Shown here piece by piece: positions 19,734 to 28,565 of a DNA stretch of 64,000 nt. Both the position numbers and the translations under genes were made by a program. The notes under the pieces are model-generated. The model had not been told where the DNA came from. It did no database searches and saw only the letters and a program-made list of their open reading frames with translations. Source of the stretch: Candidatus Multivorans sp. (lineage in GTDB: Bacteria; Acidobacteriota; Thermoanaerobaculia; Multivoradales; Multivoraceae); assembly GCA_965208755.1 (NCBI GenBank), contig OZ242353.1, positions 4,974,714-5,038,713 of the forward strand. Direction: 5' to 3'. The first letter of the stretch is position 1. The number at the start of each line of letters is the position of its first letter.

Positions 19734-19892
19734 CCGACTCCTCGCTGCTCTTGAACTGAACCTGGACAGGCCGGCGCCTTGAACTTCCCCCGGCTCCTTT
19801 CCGGGCGAGGCGCGGATACTATCGAGTACGCCATGTTCCCCGCCCCGGAACGGTTTGTTCGTCATCTTCGTGGCACGGTCGGGCCGGTCTCG

Positions 19893-21179
19893 ATGGCGCC
19901 GTTCTTCCTTGCGCTCGTTGCCGTTTCGGCGATGGGGCATGCCGCCGTTTCGGCGGCGGAATGCGAGAGCGCCTTCGCCCCGACGCCGCTGAGCGTGCCG
20001 GTGACATCGGTGCCCATCGTCGTCCCTTCGACGGCGGGAGACTACTTCGTTCTCTACGTGTCGCACGGGGAGCGGACTCTCCCCGTGTCAGTGACGCGGG
20101 GAAGGGAAGGCGCCACGCCGCTTGCGTGGCCGGTGGAGGGACTGCCGCCCGGACGGTACCGCGTGGAGAAGTACCCGATCTCCGAACCGGGGGACGTGGA
20201 CGGCGACTGCATCGATGATCTCACCGATCCCAACCCGGTGAACCCGGCTGGAGAGATCGCCTTCACGGACGGACTGACCTTGCTGTCGAGTTCCGCGCAG
20301 TGGCGGGCGATCGCTTTCGACGCGCTGCGCGACGGCTGCTCGATGTGCGAGGTCCCTGGCTCCGGAACGGACTGGCTGAAGCTCTCGGTGGACCGCCGGA
20401 ATCCGGTCCGGCCCGGCGTCTACTTCATCAACGCTCCGACCCATTGGGGCCACCCCCACTTCGCGTTCGCTTTGGGTCTGCCGCTGGATCTGATCTCTCT
20501 CGAACTCGACCGGGCCACCGGACTCCCCGGCTTCGCCCCCGACTCGACAACCTACTTCTTCTGGTTTTCCAACCCCGCGGACGCGCTGGATCTTGCCGGG
20601 ATGGTGCCGCTGCTTCACAGCGCGATCGGCGCCAGCATGCCGATCATGCGGGCGGAGGCCGCCGAATCGCGGCTTGCCTACTACGTTCCCGACACGGTCT
20701 GGAACAGAAGGTACTTCGAAGCGATCAGTCCCTGGCTTCCGAGCTACGAGGAGGCCGGGATCAGGGTTCTGGTCGATGGGTCCTTCGTCGACGATGCTCC
20801 CGAGGGCGCCTGCGAGAGCGACGAGACGAGGCGCTGCCTGCGGGATTCCCGTTTCGCGGTCGAGGTGGAGTGGACGGGTCCGGGCGGGACCGCCGGCGCC
20901 GCTCGGGTGGTCCACGCGGGCACGAACGACTCGGCGCTGTTCTCGTTCTTCGACCGGGCGAACTGGGAGGTTCTGGCGAAGGTTCTGGACGGTTGTGCGG
21001 TGAACGGGAGCTTCTGGGTGTTCGCGGCTTCGACGACGGACCTGGAGTTCACGATTCGGGTGACGGACACGGCGACCGGGGTTTCCCGCGCGTACTCGAA
21101 CGAGGCGGGCGCCGCCGCTCCCGCCGTCGCCGACACCGAGGCCTTCCCGGGCGCCTGCGGGAACGGCCGGGGCCGATGA
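19893..21179 (+). CDS. Array gene A. Secreted modular protein, shortest form: signal peptide + conserved N-domain + Cys-flanked C-domain; no linker or PKD.
   Basis: Start taken at MAPFFLALVAVSAMGHA; an upstream alternative exists at 19779. N-domain motifs YFVLYV, RYRVEKY, DVDGDCIDDLTDPNPVNP, INAPTHWGHP, LVPLLHSAI. C-domain CLRDSRFAVEVEW…AFPGACGNGRGR. Its stop overlaps the next ATG (ATGA). Confidence 0.7.
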   Translation: MAPFFLALVAVSAMGHAAVSAAECESAFAPTPLSVPVTSVPIVVPSTAGDYFVLYVSHGERTLPVSVTRGREGATPLAWPVEGLPPGRYRVEKYPISEPGDVDGDCIDDLTDPNPVNPAGEIAFTDGLTLLSSSAQWRAIAFDALRDGCSMCEVPGSGTDWLKLSVDRRNPVRPGVYFINAPTHWGHPHFAFALGLPLDLISLELDRATGLPGFAPDSTTYFFWFSNPADALDLAGMVPLLHSAIGASMPIMRAEAAESRLAYYVPDTVWNRRYFEAISPWLPSYEEAGIRVLVDGSFVDDAPEGACESDETRRCLRDSRFAVEVEWTGPGGTAGAARVVHAGTNDSALFSFFDRANWEVLAKVLDGCAVNGSFWVFAASTTDLEFTIRVTDTATGVSRAYSNEAGAAAPAVADTEAFPGACGNGRGR

Positions 21180-23359
21180 GAGGCGAACGGGCGGCGGGGT
21201 TGCGCGCGGGCCGGCTTCTCCCTTGGGCGCTGGCGACGGCGACGGCCGCCTTCGCCGCCGCCGGCGAGGGCCTGCGGGCGTCGGAATGCGAGGGCGACGG
21301 AACGACTCCGCCGACGCCGACCGCCGTCGCCGTGGAGTCCGTGCCCATCACGGTCCCTTCGACGGCGGCGGAGTACTTCGTGCTCTACGTGACCCACGAC
21401 CTGGGCGACGGCGATGTCCGCGAGGTTCCGGTGTCGGTGACCCGGGGGGAGGAGGGCGCGACGGCGCTCGAGTGGAACCTGTCCGGGCTTCCCGCGTCGA
21501 GGTACCGGGTCGAGAAGTACCGGATCGACGATCCGGGAGACGTGGACGGCGACTGCCGCGACGACCTGACGGACCCGAATCCGGTCAGCCCGGCCCGGGA
21601 GCTCGAATTCTCGGACGGCCTGAATCTGCTGTCGTCGTCCGAGCAGTGGGACGAGATCTACTTCGACGCCGTTCGCGACGGTTGCCCGGAGTGCGAGTTC
21701 TTTGGGCCGGGAACGCGGTACCTGAAGCTGCACGTCGCCCGCCCGGCCTCGCGGCCGCCGGCAATCTACGTCATCAACGCGCGGACCCACTGGGCGCACC
21801 CCATTTTCCGCAGTGCCGTGGGACTGCGAAGCGGCCTGTCGCTCGAGTTGGACAGGGAGACCGGGTTGGCCGGGACCGGGCCGGAGGTGGACACCTACTA
21901 CTGGTGGTTCTCGACCGGGGAGGATGCGGTCGAGTCCGCCGGTCTGGTGCCGTGGCTGCACAGCGCGGTCGCCGCCAGCCTTCCGATCATGCCGGCCGAG
22001 GCGTCGGAGTGGCGGCTTGCCTACTACATCCCGGACATCAAGTGGGACGAGCCGTTCGTCGAGGCGCTCCTGCCCCGGTTGGCCGGCTACGAGGGCGCGG
22101 GGGTTCCCGTTCTGCGCGACCGCTCGTTCAGGGCCGACCTGCCGAACATCTCGGTCTTGAGCGATCAGGAGTCCGTGACGGAGGGGCGGGACGCGACGTT
22201 CACGTTGACGGCGGATCCGCCGCCTCGGGAGGCCCTTGATGTCCTGTTGCAGGTTGTGGAGTCCAGCGGCAGCGACTTCCTGCACCCCGGTCGCAACCGG
22301 GGCTGCGTGGACATCCTGGGCCCCTCGGTCAACTCGGGCTACTGCTGGGTCAAGTTCGAGGCCGATGCCGCGTCCGCCGTCCTGACGATATCGATCGCGG
22401 ACGACGAGGTGAACGGTTCGGACGGTGTCGGGATCGTTTCCGTCGCGAAGTCGTCCGGCTACCTGCTTGGCATACCTCGTTCGGCGCGGGTCTCGGTGGT
22501 CGACAACGATGACGCTCCACCTCCTCCTCCGCCGCCGCCACCGCCGGAATCCGATCCACCGCCTCCTCCTCCTCCTCCTCCTACTACTCCTCCGCCTCCT
22601 ACTCCTCCGCCTCCTCCGGAATCCGATCCGCCGCCGCCCGCCGGTCCGCCGCCCGGGCCGCCGGCGCCCAATCCGGCGCCGGAACCCGAGCCTGAGCCCG
22701 AGCCCGAGCCGGCCGGTCCGCTGAAGGCGGACTTCACGGTGGACGCGGACTGCTCCTCGGATCCGTGCCGGCTGCGGACGGGCGTTCGCGTGGTGTTCTC
22801 GGATTCGAGCGGCGGCCGCGTCGTCGGCCGGCGCTGGAGCTTCGGGGACGGGTCGACGTCCCGCGGGCTGTCGCCGGCGCACGAGTACCGTTCGCCCGGC
22901 TTCTACGAGGTGTCGTTGACGGTGAGCGACGGGACGGAGGAATCGGTGGCGGCCCGCGTCTTCCTGGTGGAGGCCGGCGAGCCCGCCGGCGCCTGCGTGG
23001 GCGGCGCGTCCACCCGCTGCCTGCGGGATTCCCGGTTCGCGGTCGAGGTGGAGTGGACGGGTCCGGGCGGGGCCGCCGGCGCCGCTCGGGTGGTCCACGC
23101 CGGCACGAACGATTCGGCTCTGTTCTCGTTCTTCGACCGGGCGAACTGGGAGGTTCTGGCGAAGGTTCTGGACGGTTGTGCGGTGAACGGGAGCTTCTGG
23201 GTGTTCGCGGCTTCGACGACGGACCTGGAGTTCACGATCCGGGTGATCGACACGGTGACCGGGCGTTCTCGCGCGTACTCGAACGAGGCGGGCGCCGCTC
23301 CCGCCGTCGCCGACACCGAGGCCTTCCCGGGCGCCTGCGGGAACGGCCGGGGCCGATGA
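21176..23359 (+). CDS. Array gene B. Secreted modular protein: N-domain + ~125-aa insert (SDQESVTEGRDATFTLTADPPPREAL…VSVVDNDD) + Pro/PE linker + PKD + C-domain.
   Basis: Begins MRGERAAGLRAGRLLPWALATA (signal). Coupled ATGA junction at both ends. The ORF table extends the frame upstream to 20300, but the conserved start is at 21176. Confidence 0.75.
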   Translation: MRGERAAGLRAGRLLPWALATATAAFAAAGEGLRASECEGDGTTPPTPTAVAVESVPITVPSTAAEYFVLYVTHDLGDGDVREVPVSVTRGEEGATALEWNLSGLPASRYRVEKYRIDDPGDVDGDCRDDLTDPNPVSPARELEFSDGLNLLSSSEQWDEIYFDAVRDGCPECEFFGPGTRYLKLHVARPASRPPAIYVINARTHWAHPIFRSAVGLRSGLSLELDRETGLAGTGPEVDTYYWWFSTGEDAVESAGLVPWLHSAVAASLPIMPAEASEWRLAYYIPDIKWDEPFVEALLPRLAGYEGAGVPVLRDRSFRADLPNISVLSDQESVTEGRDATFTLTADPPPREALDVLLQVVESSGSDFLHPGRNRGCVDILGPSVNSGYCWVKFEADAASAVLTISIADDEVNGSDGVGIVSVAKSSGYLLGIPRSARVSVVDNDDAPPPPPPPPPPESDPPPPPPPPPTTPPPPTPPPPPESDPPPPAGPPPGPPAPNPAPEPEPEPEPEPAGPLKADFTVDADCSSDPCRLRTGVRVVFSDSSGGRVVGRRWSFGDGSTSRGLSPAHEYRSPGFYEVSLTVSDGTEESVAARVFLVEAGEPAGACVGGASTRCLRDSRFAVEVEWTGPGGAAGAARVVHAGTNDSALFSFFDRANWEVLAKVLDGCAVNGSFWVFAASTTDLEFTIRVIDTVTGRSRAYSNEAGAAPAVADTEAFPGACGNGRGR
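22516..22716 (+). repeat. Low-complexity coding repeat in gene B: poly-Pro / ESDPPPP / (PE)n linker. Analogous tracts lie near 25275-25466, 27723-27918, 30181-30425, 32355-32500, 34475-34585, 37120-37320, 39300-39545 and 40745-40830.
   Basis: The ccgcc/cctcc and gagccc/gaaccc triplet repeats are read directly in the sequence. Lengths differ between paralogs. Confidence 0.85.
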
Positions 23360-26112
23360 GAGGCGAACGGGCGGCGGGGTTTCGCGCGGGCCGGCTTCTC
23401 CCTTCGGCGCTGGCGGCGGCGACGGCGATGGCCTTCGCCTCCGCCGGCGTGGGCCTGCGGGCGTCGGAGTGCGAGGACGACGAAACGACTCCGCCGACGC
23501 CGACCGCCGTCGCCGTGGAGTCCGTGCCCGTCACGGTCGCTTCGACGGCGGCGGACTACTTCGTGCTCTACGTGAAGAACGACGTGGGCAACGGCGTTGT
23601 ACGCGAGGTTCCGGTTTCGGTGACCCGGGGAGAGGAGGGCGCGACGACGCTCGAGTGGAACCTGTCCGGGCTTCCCGCGTCGAGATACCGGGTGGAGAAG
23701 TACGGGATCGACGATCCGGGAGACGTGGACGGGGACTGCCGGGACGACCTGGCGGACCCGAATCCGGTGAATCCGGCCCGGGAGCTCGAACTCAGCGACG
23801 GCCTGAATCTGCTGTCGACGTCCGAGCAGTGGAACGCGCTGTACTTCGACACCGTTCGTGACGGTTGCCCGGAGTGCGAGTTCTTCGGGCCGGGAACGCG
23901 GTACCTCAAGCTGCACGTGGCCCGCCCGGCCTCGCGGCCGCCGGCAATCTACGTCATCAACGCGCGGACCCATTGGGCGCACTTCGAGTTCCGCGTTGCC
24001 TTGGGGCTCAAGAGGGACCTGTCGCTCGAGTTGGACAGGGAGACCGGGTTGACCGGGACCGGGCCGGAGGTGGACACCTACTACTGGTGGTTCTCTGATG
24101 CCAAGGATGCGGTCGCCTCCGCCGGTCTGGTGCCGTGGCTGCACGGCGCGATCGCCGCCAACCTTCCGATCATGCCGGCCGAGGCGTCGGAGTGGCGGCT
24201 TGCCTACTACATTCCGGACAGGACGTGGAGGAAGCGCTACATCGATCGGATAACGCCCCGGATAGCCGGTTACGAGCAGGCCGGGGTGCCGGTTTTGCGC
24301 GACGAGTCGTGGGTCGTCGACGTTTCCCTCGAGATGGAGACGGCCGTCGTGGACGAAGGCGGTACGGCGTCTCTTCTGGCGCGGTTGGCGAAGCCGCTGT
24401 CTTCCTCGGTCACCGTGCCGCTGATCGTGGTGGGGGCGGGGACGGCGAACGCCGTGCCCGCTAGCGTCAGGATCAGCGCCGGGATGACGGAGGCGTCGAC
24501 GAGCTTCGCGACGGCGGTCGACGGGGACACGGAGGACGAGATCGTGACCATCGGTTTCGGCGACCTTCCCTGGCAGGTCTCGCCCGGCAGCCCCGCCAGC
24601 GTGACCCTGGCGGTCAGGGACCTGACGCCGGCGGCGACGCTGGCGGTGAAGACCGACTCCTTGGAGGAGGGTTCGTCGACCGAAGTCGAGGTGCTTCTGA
24701 CCAGGGCCTGGACGAGTCCGCTCCTGATTCCCCTGACGACGTCCGGCACGGTGGAGAGCGGCGATTTCACGGTGCCGGCGAGCGTGACGATCGCGGCGGG
24801 GCGGAAGTCGGGAACCGCCGCCGTTTCCGCGGCGCGCGATGCGGACGCGGATGACGAGACGCTGACGGTGTCGCTGGGGACGCTGCCGGAGGAGGTCGCG
24901 CGCGCTTCGCCGGCCGCGGTCGACATCGTGATCCGCGACAGGAATACGGAGGTCACCCTGTCGGCGGCGCCTTCGACGGTGGAGGAGGGTGAGAGCGCGA
25001 CCGTCACCGCGAGCCTGAGCCGGGCGCGGTCCACCGCCGTGGCGATCCCGCTGCTCGTGAACGACGTGGACGCCGAGCCGGGCGACTACGCGGCGCCGTC
25101 GTTCATCGAAGTTGCGCCGAACGCCGTGACGGGCGCCGCGGCCCTTCTGACCGTGGATGACGGGGACCTGGACGACGAGACCTTCACCGTGTCGCTGGGC
25201 GCCGACCTGCCCGAGGGCATGGTCGCCGGCACGCCGGACGCCGTACTCGTGACCATCCGGGACGACGATTCGGCGCCTCCTCCCCCTCCGGAATCCGATC
25301 CGCCGCCGCCGCCACCTCCACCTCCGCCCGCCGATCCTCCTCCGCCCGCCGGCCCGGCGCCGCCGGAGTCCGATCCGCCGCCGCCCGCGCCTCCGCCCGC
25401 CGGCCCGCCGCCTGCTCCTCCCGAATCCGATCCGGCGCCCGAGCCGGAACCCGAGCCCGAACCGGCGGGTCCGCTGAAGGCTGACTTCACGGTGGACGCG
25501 GACTGCTCCTCGGCGCCGTGCCGGCTGCGGACGGGCGTTCGCGTGGTGTTCTCGGATTCGAGCGGCGGCCGCGTCGTCGGCCGGCGCTGGAGCTTCGGGG
25601 ACGGGTCGACGTCCCGCGGGCTGTCGCCGGCGCACGAGTACCGTTCGCCCGGCTTCTACGAGGTGTCGTTGACGGTGAGCGACGGGACGGAGGAATCGGT
25701 GGCGACTCGCGTCTTCCTGGTGGAGGCCGGCGAGCCCGCCGGCGCCTGCGTGGGCGGCGCGTCCGTCCGCTGCCTGCGGGATTCCCGGTTCGCGGTCGAG
25801 GTGGAGTGGACGGGTCCGGGCGGGGCCGCCGGCGCCGCTCGGGTGGTCCACGCCGGCACGAACGATTCGGCTCTGTTCTCGTTCTTCGACCGGGCGAACT
25901 GGGAGGTTCTGGCGAAGGTTCTGGACGGTTGTGCGGTGAACGGGAGCTTCTGGGTGTTCGCGGCTTCGACGACGGACCTGGAGTTCACGATCCGGGTGAC
26001 GGACACGGCGACCGGGGTTTCCCGCGCGTACTCGAACGAGGCGGGCGCCGCTCCCGCCGTCGCCGACGCGGAGGCGTTTCCGGGCGCCTGCGGGCGCCGC
26101 CGGGGCCGATGA
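23356..26112 (+). CDS. Array gene C. Long form: N-domain + 4 Calx-beta-like repeats + Pro/PE linker + PKD + C-domain.
   Basis: Conserved MRGERAAGFRAGRLLP start at the ATGA junction. Calx-beta-like segments end in …VTLAVRDL, …VDIVIRD and …VLVTIRDDD. Confidence 0.75.
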   Translation: MRGERAAGFRAGRLLPSALAAATAMAFASAGVGLRASECEDDETTPPTPTAVAVESVPVTVASTAADYFVLYVKNDVGNGVVREVPVSVTRGEEGATTLEWNLSGLPASRYRVEKYGIDDPGDVDGDCRDDLADPNPVNPARELELSDGLNLLSTSEQWNALYFDTVRDGCPECEFFGPGTRYLKLHVARPASRPPAIYVINARTHWAHFEFRVALGLKRDLSLELDRETGLTGTGPEVDTYYWWFSDAKDAVASAGLVPWLHGAIAANLPIMPAEASEWRLAYYIPDRTWRKRYIDRITPRIAGYEQAGVPVLRDESWVVDVSLEMETAVVDEGGTASLLARLAKPLSSSVTVPLIVVGAGTANAVPASVRISAGMTEASTSFATAVDGDTEDEIVTIGFGDLPWQVSPGSPASVTLAVRDLTPAATLAVKTDSLEEGSSTEVEVLLTRAWTSPLLIPLTTSGTVESGDFTVPASVTIAAGRKSGTAAVSAARDADADDETLTVSLGTLPEEVARASPAAVDIVIRDRNTEVTLSAAPSTVEEGESATVTASLSRARSTAVAIPLLVNDVDAEPGDYAAPSFIEVAPNAVTGAAALLTVDDGDLDDETFTVSLGADLPEGMVAGTPDAVLVTIRDDDSAPPPPPESDPPPPPPPPPPADPPPPAGPAPPESDPPPPAPPPAGPPPAPPESDPAPEPEPEPEPAGPLKADFTVDADCSSAPCRLRTGVRVVFSDSSGGRVVGRRWSFGDGSTSRGLSPAHEYRSPGFYEVSLTVSDGTEESVATRVFLVEAGEPAGACVGGASVRCLRDSRFAVEVEWTGPGGAAGAARVVHAGTNDSALFSFFDRANWEVLAKVLDGCAVNGSFWVFAASTTDLEFTIRVTDTATGVSRAYSNEAGAAPAVADAEAFPGACGRRRGR

Positions 26113-28565
26113 GAGGCGAACGGGCGGCCGGGTTGGGCGGGGGCCGGCTTCTCCCTTCGGCGCTGGCGGCGGCGGCGATGGCGGCCGCCACCGCCGGCGT
26201 GGGCCTGCGGGCGTCGGAGTGCGAGGACGACGGAACGACTCCTCCGACTCCGGTGGCCGTCGCCGTGGAGTCCGTGCCCATCACGGTCCCTTCGACGGCG
26301 GCGGAGTACTTCGTGCTCTACGTGACCCACGACCTGGGCGACGGCGATGTCCGCGAGGTTCCGGTTTCGGTGACCCGGGGGGAGGAGGGCGCGACGGCGC
26401 TCGAGTGGAACCTGTCCGGGCTTCCCGCGTCGCGATACCGGGTGGAGAAGTACCGGATCGACGATCCGGGAGACGTGGACGGCGACTGCCGCGACGACCT
26501 GACGGACCCGAATCCGGTCAATCCGGCCCGGGAGATCGAACTCGCGGACGGTCTGAATCTGCTGTCGACGTCCGAGCAGTGGAACGAAATCTACTTCGAC
26601 ACCGTTCGCGATCGTTGCCCGGGTTGCTTCTTCCACGGGCCCGGAACGAGATATCTCAAGTTGCACGGCGACCGCTCGGCCGCGCAGCCCCCGGCAACCT
26701 ACTTCATCAACGCGTCGACCCACTGGGCGCACGCTTTCTTCCGTGTCGCCGTTGGGCTGGAACGCGACTTGTCGCTCGGTCTCGACAGGGAGACCGGGTT
26801 GGGCGACACCGGGTCGGAGTTGGACACCTACTTCTGGTGGTTCACATGGTCCTCGGACGCGGTCGAGTACGCTCATCTGGTGCCCTGGCTGCACAGCGCG
26901 ATCGCCGCCAGCCTTCCGATCATGCCGGCCGATGCGTCCGAGTGGCGGCTTGCCTACTATGTCCCCGACAGGAAGTGGAACAAGAGCGACATCGACCAGA
27001 TCGCGGCCCGGATACCCGGTTACGAGCAGGCGGGGGTGCCGGTTCTGCGCGATGAGGCGTGGGTCGTCGACGTTTCCCTCGAGATGGAGACGGCCATCGT
27101 GGACGAAGGCGGTACGGCGTCCTTCCTGACGCGGCTCGCGAAGCCGCTGTCTTCCTCGGTCACCGTGCCGCTGATCGTGGTGGGGGCGGGGACGGCGAAC
27201 GCCGTGCCCGCTAGCGTCAGGATCAGCGCCGGGATGACGGAGGCGTCGACGAGCTTCGCGACGGCGGTGCACGCGGACGCGGAGGATGAAATCGTGACCA
27301 TCGCTTTCGGCGAGCTTCCCTGGCAGGTCTCGCCCGGCAGCCCCGCCAGCGTGACCTTGACGGTCAGGGACCTGACGCCGATCGGGGAAGCGACTCAGGA
27401 GGTCACCCTGTCGGTGGCGCCTTCGACGGTGGAGGAGGGCGCGGGCGCGACCGTCACCGCGAGCCTGAGCCGGGCGCGATTCACCGCGGTGGCGATTCCG
27501 CTGCTCGTGACCGACGTGGACGCCGAGCCGGGCGACTACGCGGCGCCGTCGTTCATCGAAGTTGCGCCGGACGCCGTGACGGGCGCCGCGGCCCTTCTGA
27601 CCGTGGATGACGGGGACCTGGACGACGAGACCTTCACCGTGTCGCTGGGCGCCGACCTGCCCGAGGGCATGGTCGCCGGCACGCCGGACGCCGTACTCGT
27701 GACCATCCGGGACGACGATTCGGCGCCTCCTCCCCCTCCGGAATCCGATCCGCCGCCGCCGCCACCTCCACCTCCGCCCGCCGATCCTCCTCCGCCCGCC
27801 GGCCCGGCGCCGCCGGAGTCCGATCCGCCGCCGCCCGCGCCTCCGCCCGCCGGCCCGCCGCCTGCTCCTCCCGAATCCGATCCGGCGCCCGAGCCGGAAC
27901 CCGAGCCCGAGCCGGCGGGTCCGCTGAAGGCGGACTTCACGGTGGACGCGGACTGCTCCTCGGCGCCGTGCCGGCTGCGGACGGGCGTTCGCGTGGTGTT
28001 CTCGGATTCGAGCGGCGGCCGCGTCGTCGGCCGGCGCTGGAGCTTCGGGGACGGGTCGACGTCCCGCGGGCTGTCGCCGGCGCACGAGTACCGTTCGCCC
28101 GGCTTCTACGAGGTGTCGTTGACGGTGAGCGACGGGACGGAGGAATCGGTGGCGGCCCGGGTCTTCCTGGTGGAGGCCGGCGAGCCCGCCGGCGCCTGCG
28201 TGGGCGGCGCGTCCACCCGCTGCCTGCGGGATTCCCGGTTCGCGGTCGAGGTGGAGTGGACGGGTCCGGGCGGGGCCGCCGGCGCCGCCCGGGTGGTCCA
28301 CGCCGGCACGAACGATTCGGCTCTGTTCTCGTTCTTCGACCGGGCGAACTGGGAGGTTCTGGCGAAGGTTCTGGACGGTTGTGCGGTGAACGGGAGCTTC
28401 TGGGTGTTCGCGGCTTCGACGACGGACCTGGAGTTCACGATCCGGGTGACGGACACGGCGACCGGGGTTTCCCGCGCGTACTCGAACGAGGCGGGCGCCG
28501 CCGCTCCCGCCGTCACCGACACGGAGGCGTTCCCGGGCGCCTGCGGGCGCCGCCGGGGCCGATGA
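26109..28565 (+). CDS. Array gene D. Long form with Calx-beta-like repeats, Pro/PE linker, PKD and C-domain.
   Basis: Same architecture and same ATGA junctions. The N-domain loop is CPGCFFHGPG, where B and C have CPECEFFGPG. Confidence 0.75.
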   Translation: MRGERAAGLGGGRLLPSALAAAAMAAATAGVGLRASECEDDGTTPPTPVAVAVESVPITVPSTAAEYFVLYVTHDLGDGDVREVPVSVTRGEEGATALEWNLSGLPASRYRVEKYRIDDPGDVDGDCRDDLTDPNPVNPAREIELADGLNLLSTSEQWNEIYFDTVRDRCPGCFFHGPGTRYLKLHGDRSAAQPPATYFINASTHWAHAFFRVAVGLERDLSLGLDRETGLGDTGSELDTYFWWFTWSSDAVEYAHLVPWLHSAIAASLPIMPADASEWRLAYYVPDRKWNKSDIDQIAARIPGYEQAGVPVLRDEAWVVDVSLEMETAIVDEGGTASFLTRLAKPLSSSVTVPLIVVGAGTANAVPASVRISAGMTEASTSFATAVHADAEDEIVTIAFGELPWQVSPGSPASVTLTVRDLTPIGEATQEVTLSVAPSTVEEGAGATVTASLSRARFTAVAIPLLVTDVDAEPGDYAAPSFIEVAPDAVTGAAALLTVDDGDLDDETFTVSLGADLPEGMVAGTPDAVLVTIRDDDSAPPPPPESDPPPPPPPPPPADPPPPAGPAPPESDPPPPAPPPAGPPPAPPESDPAPEPEPEPEPAGPLKADFTVDADCSSAPCRLRTGVRVVFSDSSGGRVVGRRWSFGDGSTSRGLSPAHEYRSPGFYEVSLTVSDGTEESVAARVFLVEAGEPAGACVGGASTRCLRDSRFAVEVEWTGPGGAAGAARVVHAGTNDSALFSFFDRANWEVLAKVLDGCAVNGSFWVFAASTTDLEFTIRVTDTATGVSRAYSNEAGAAAPAVTDTEAFPGACGRRRGR

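Noticed and set aside
22459-22737. Poly-Gly/Ser small ORFs (22459-22737, 25086-25490, 27536-27940, 30052-30447, 32298-32522, 34415-34609, 36931-37341, 39243-39563, 40687-40941) on the minus strand
   Set aside because: Each is the reverse complement of a poly-Pro/(PE)n linker in an array gene. They are low-complexity mirror images, not genes.
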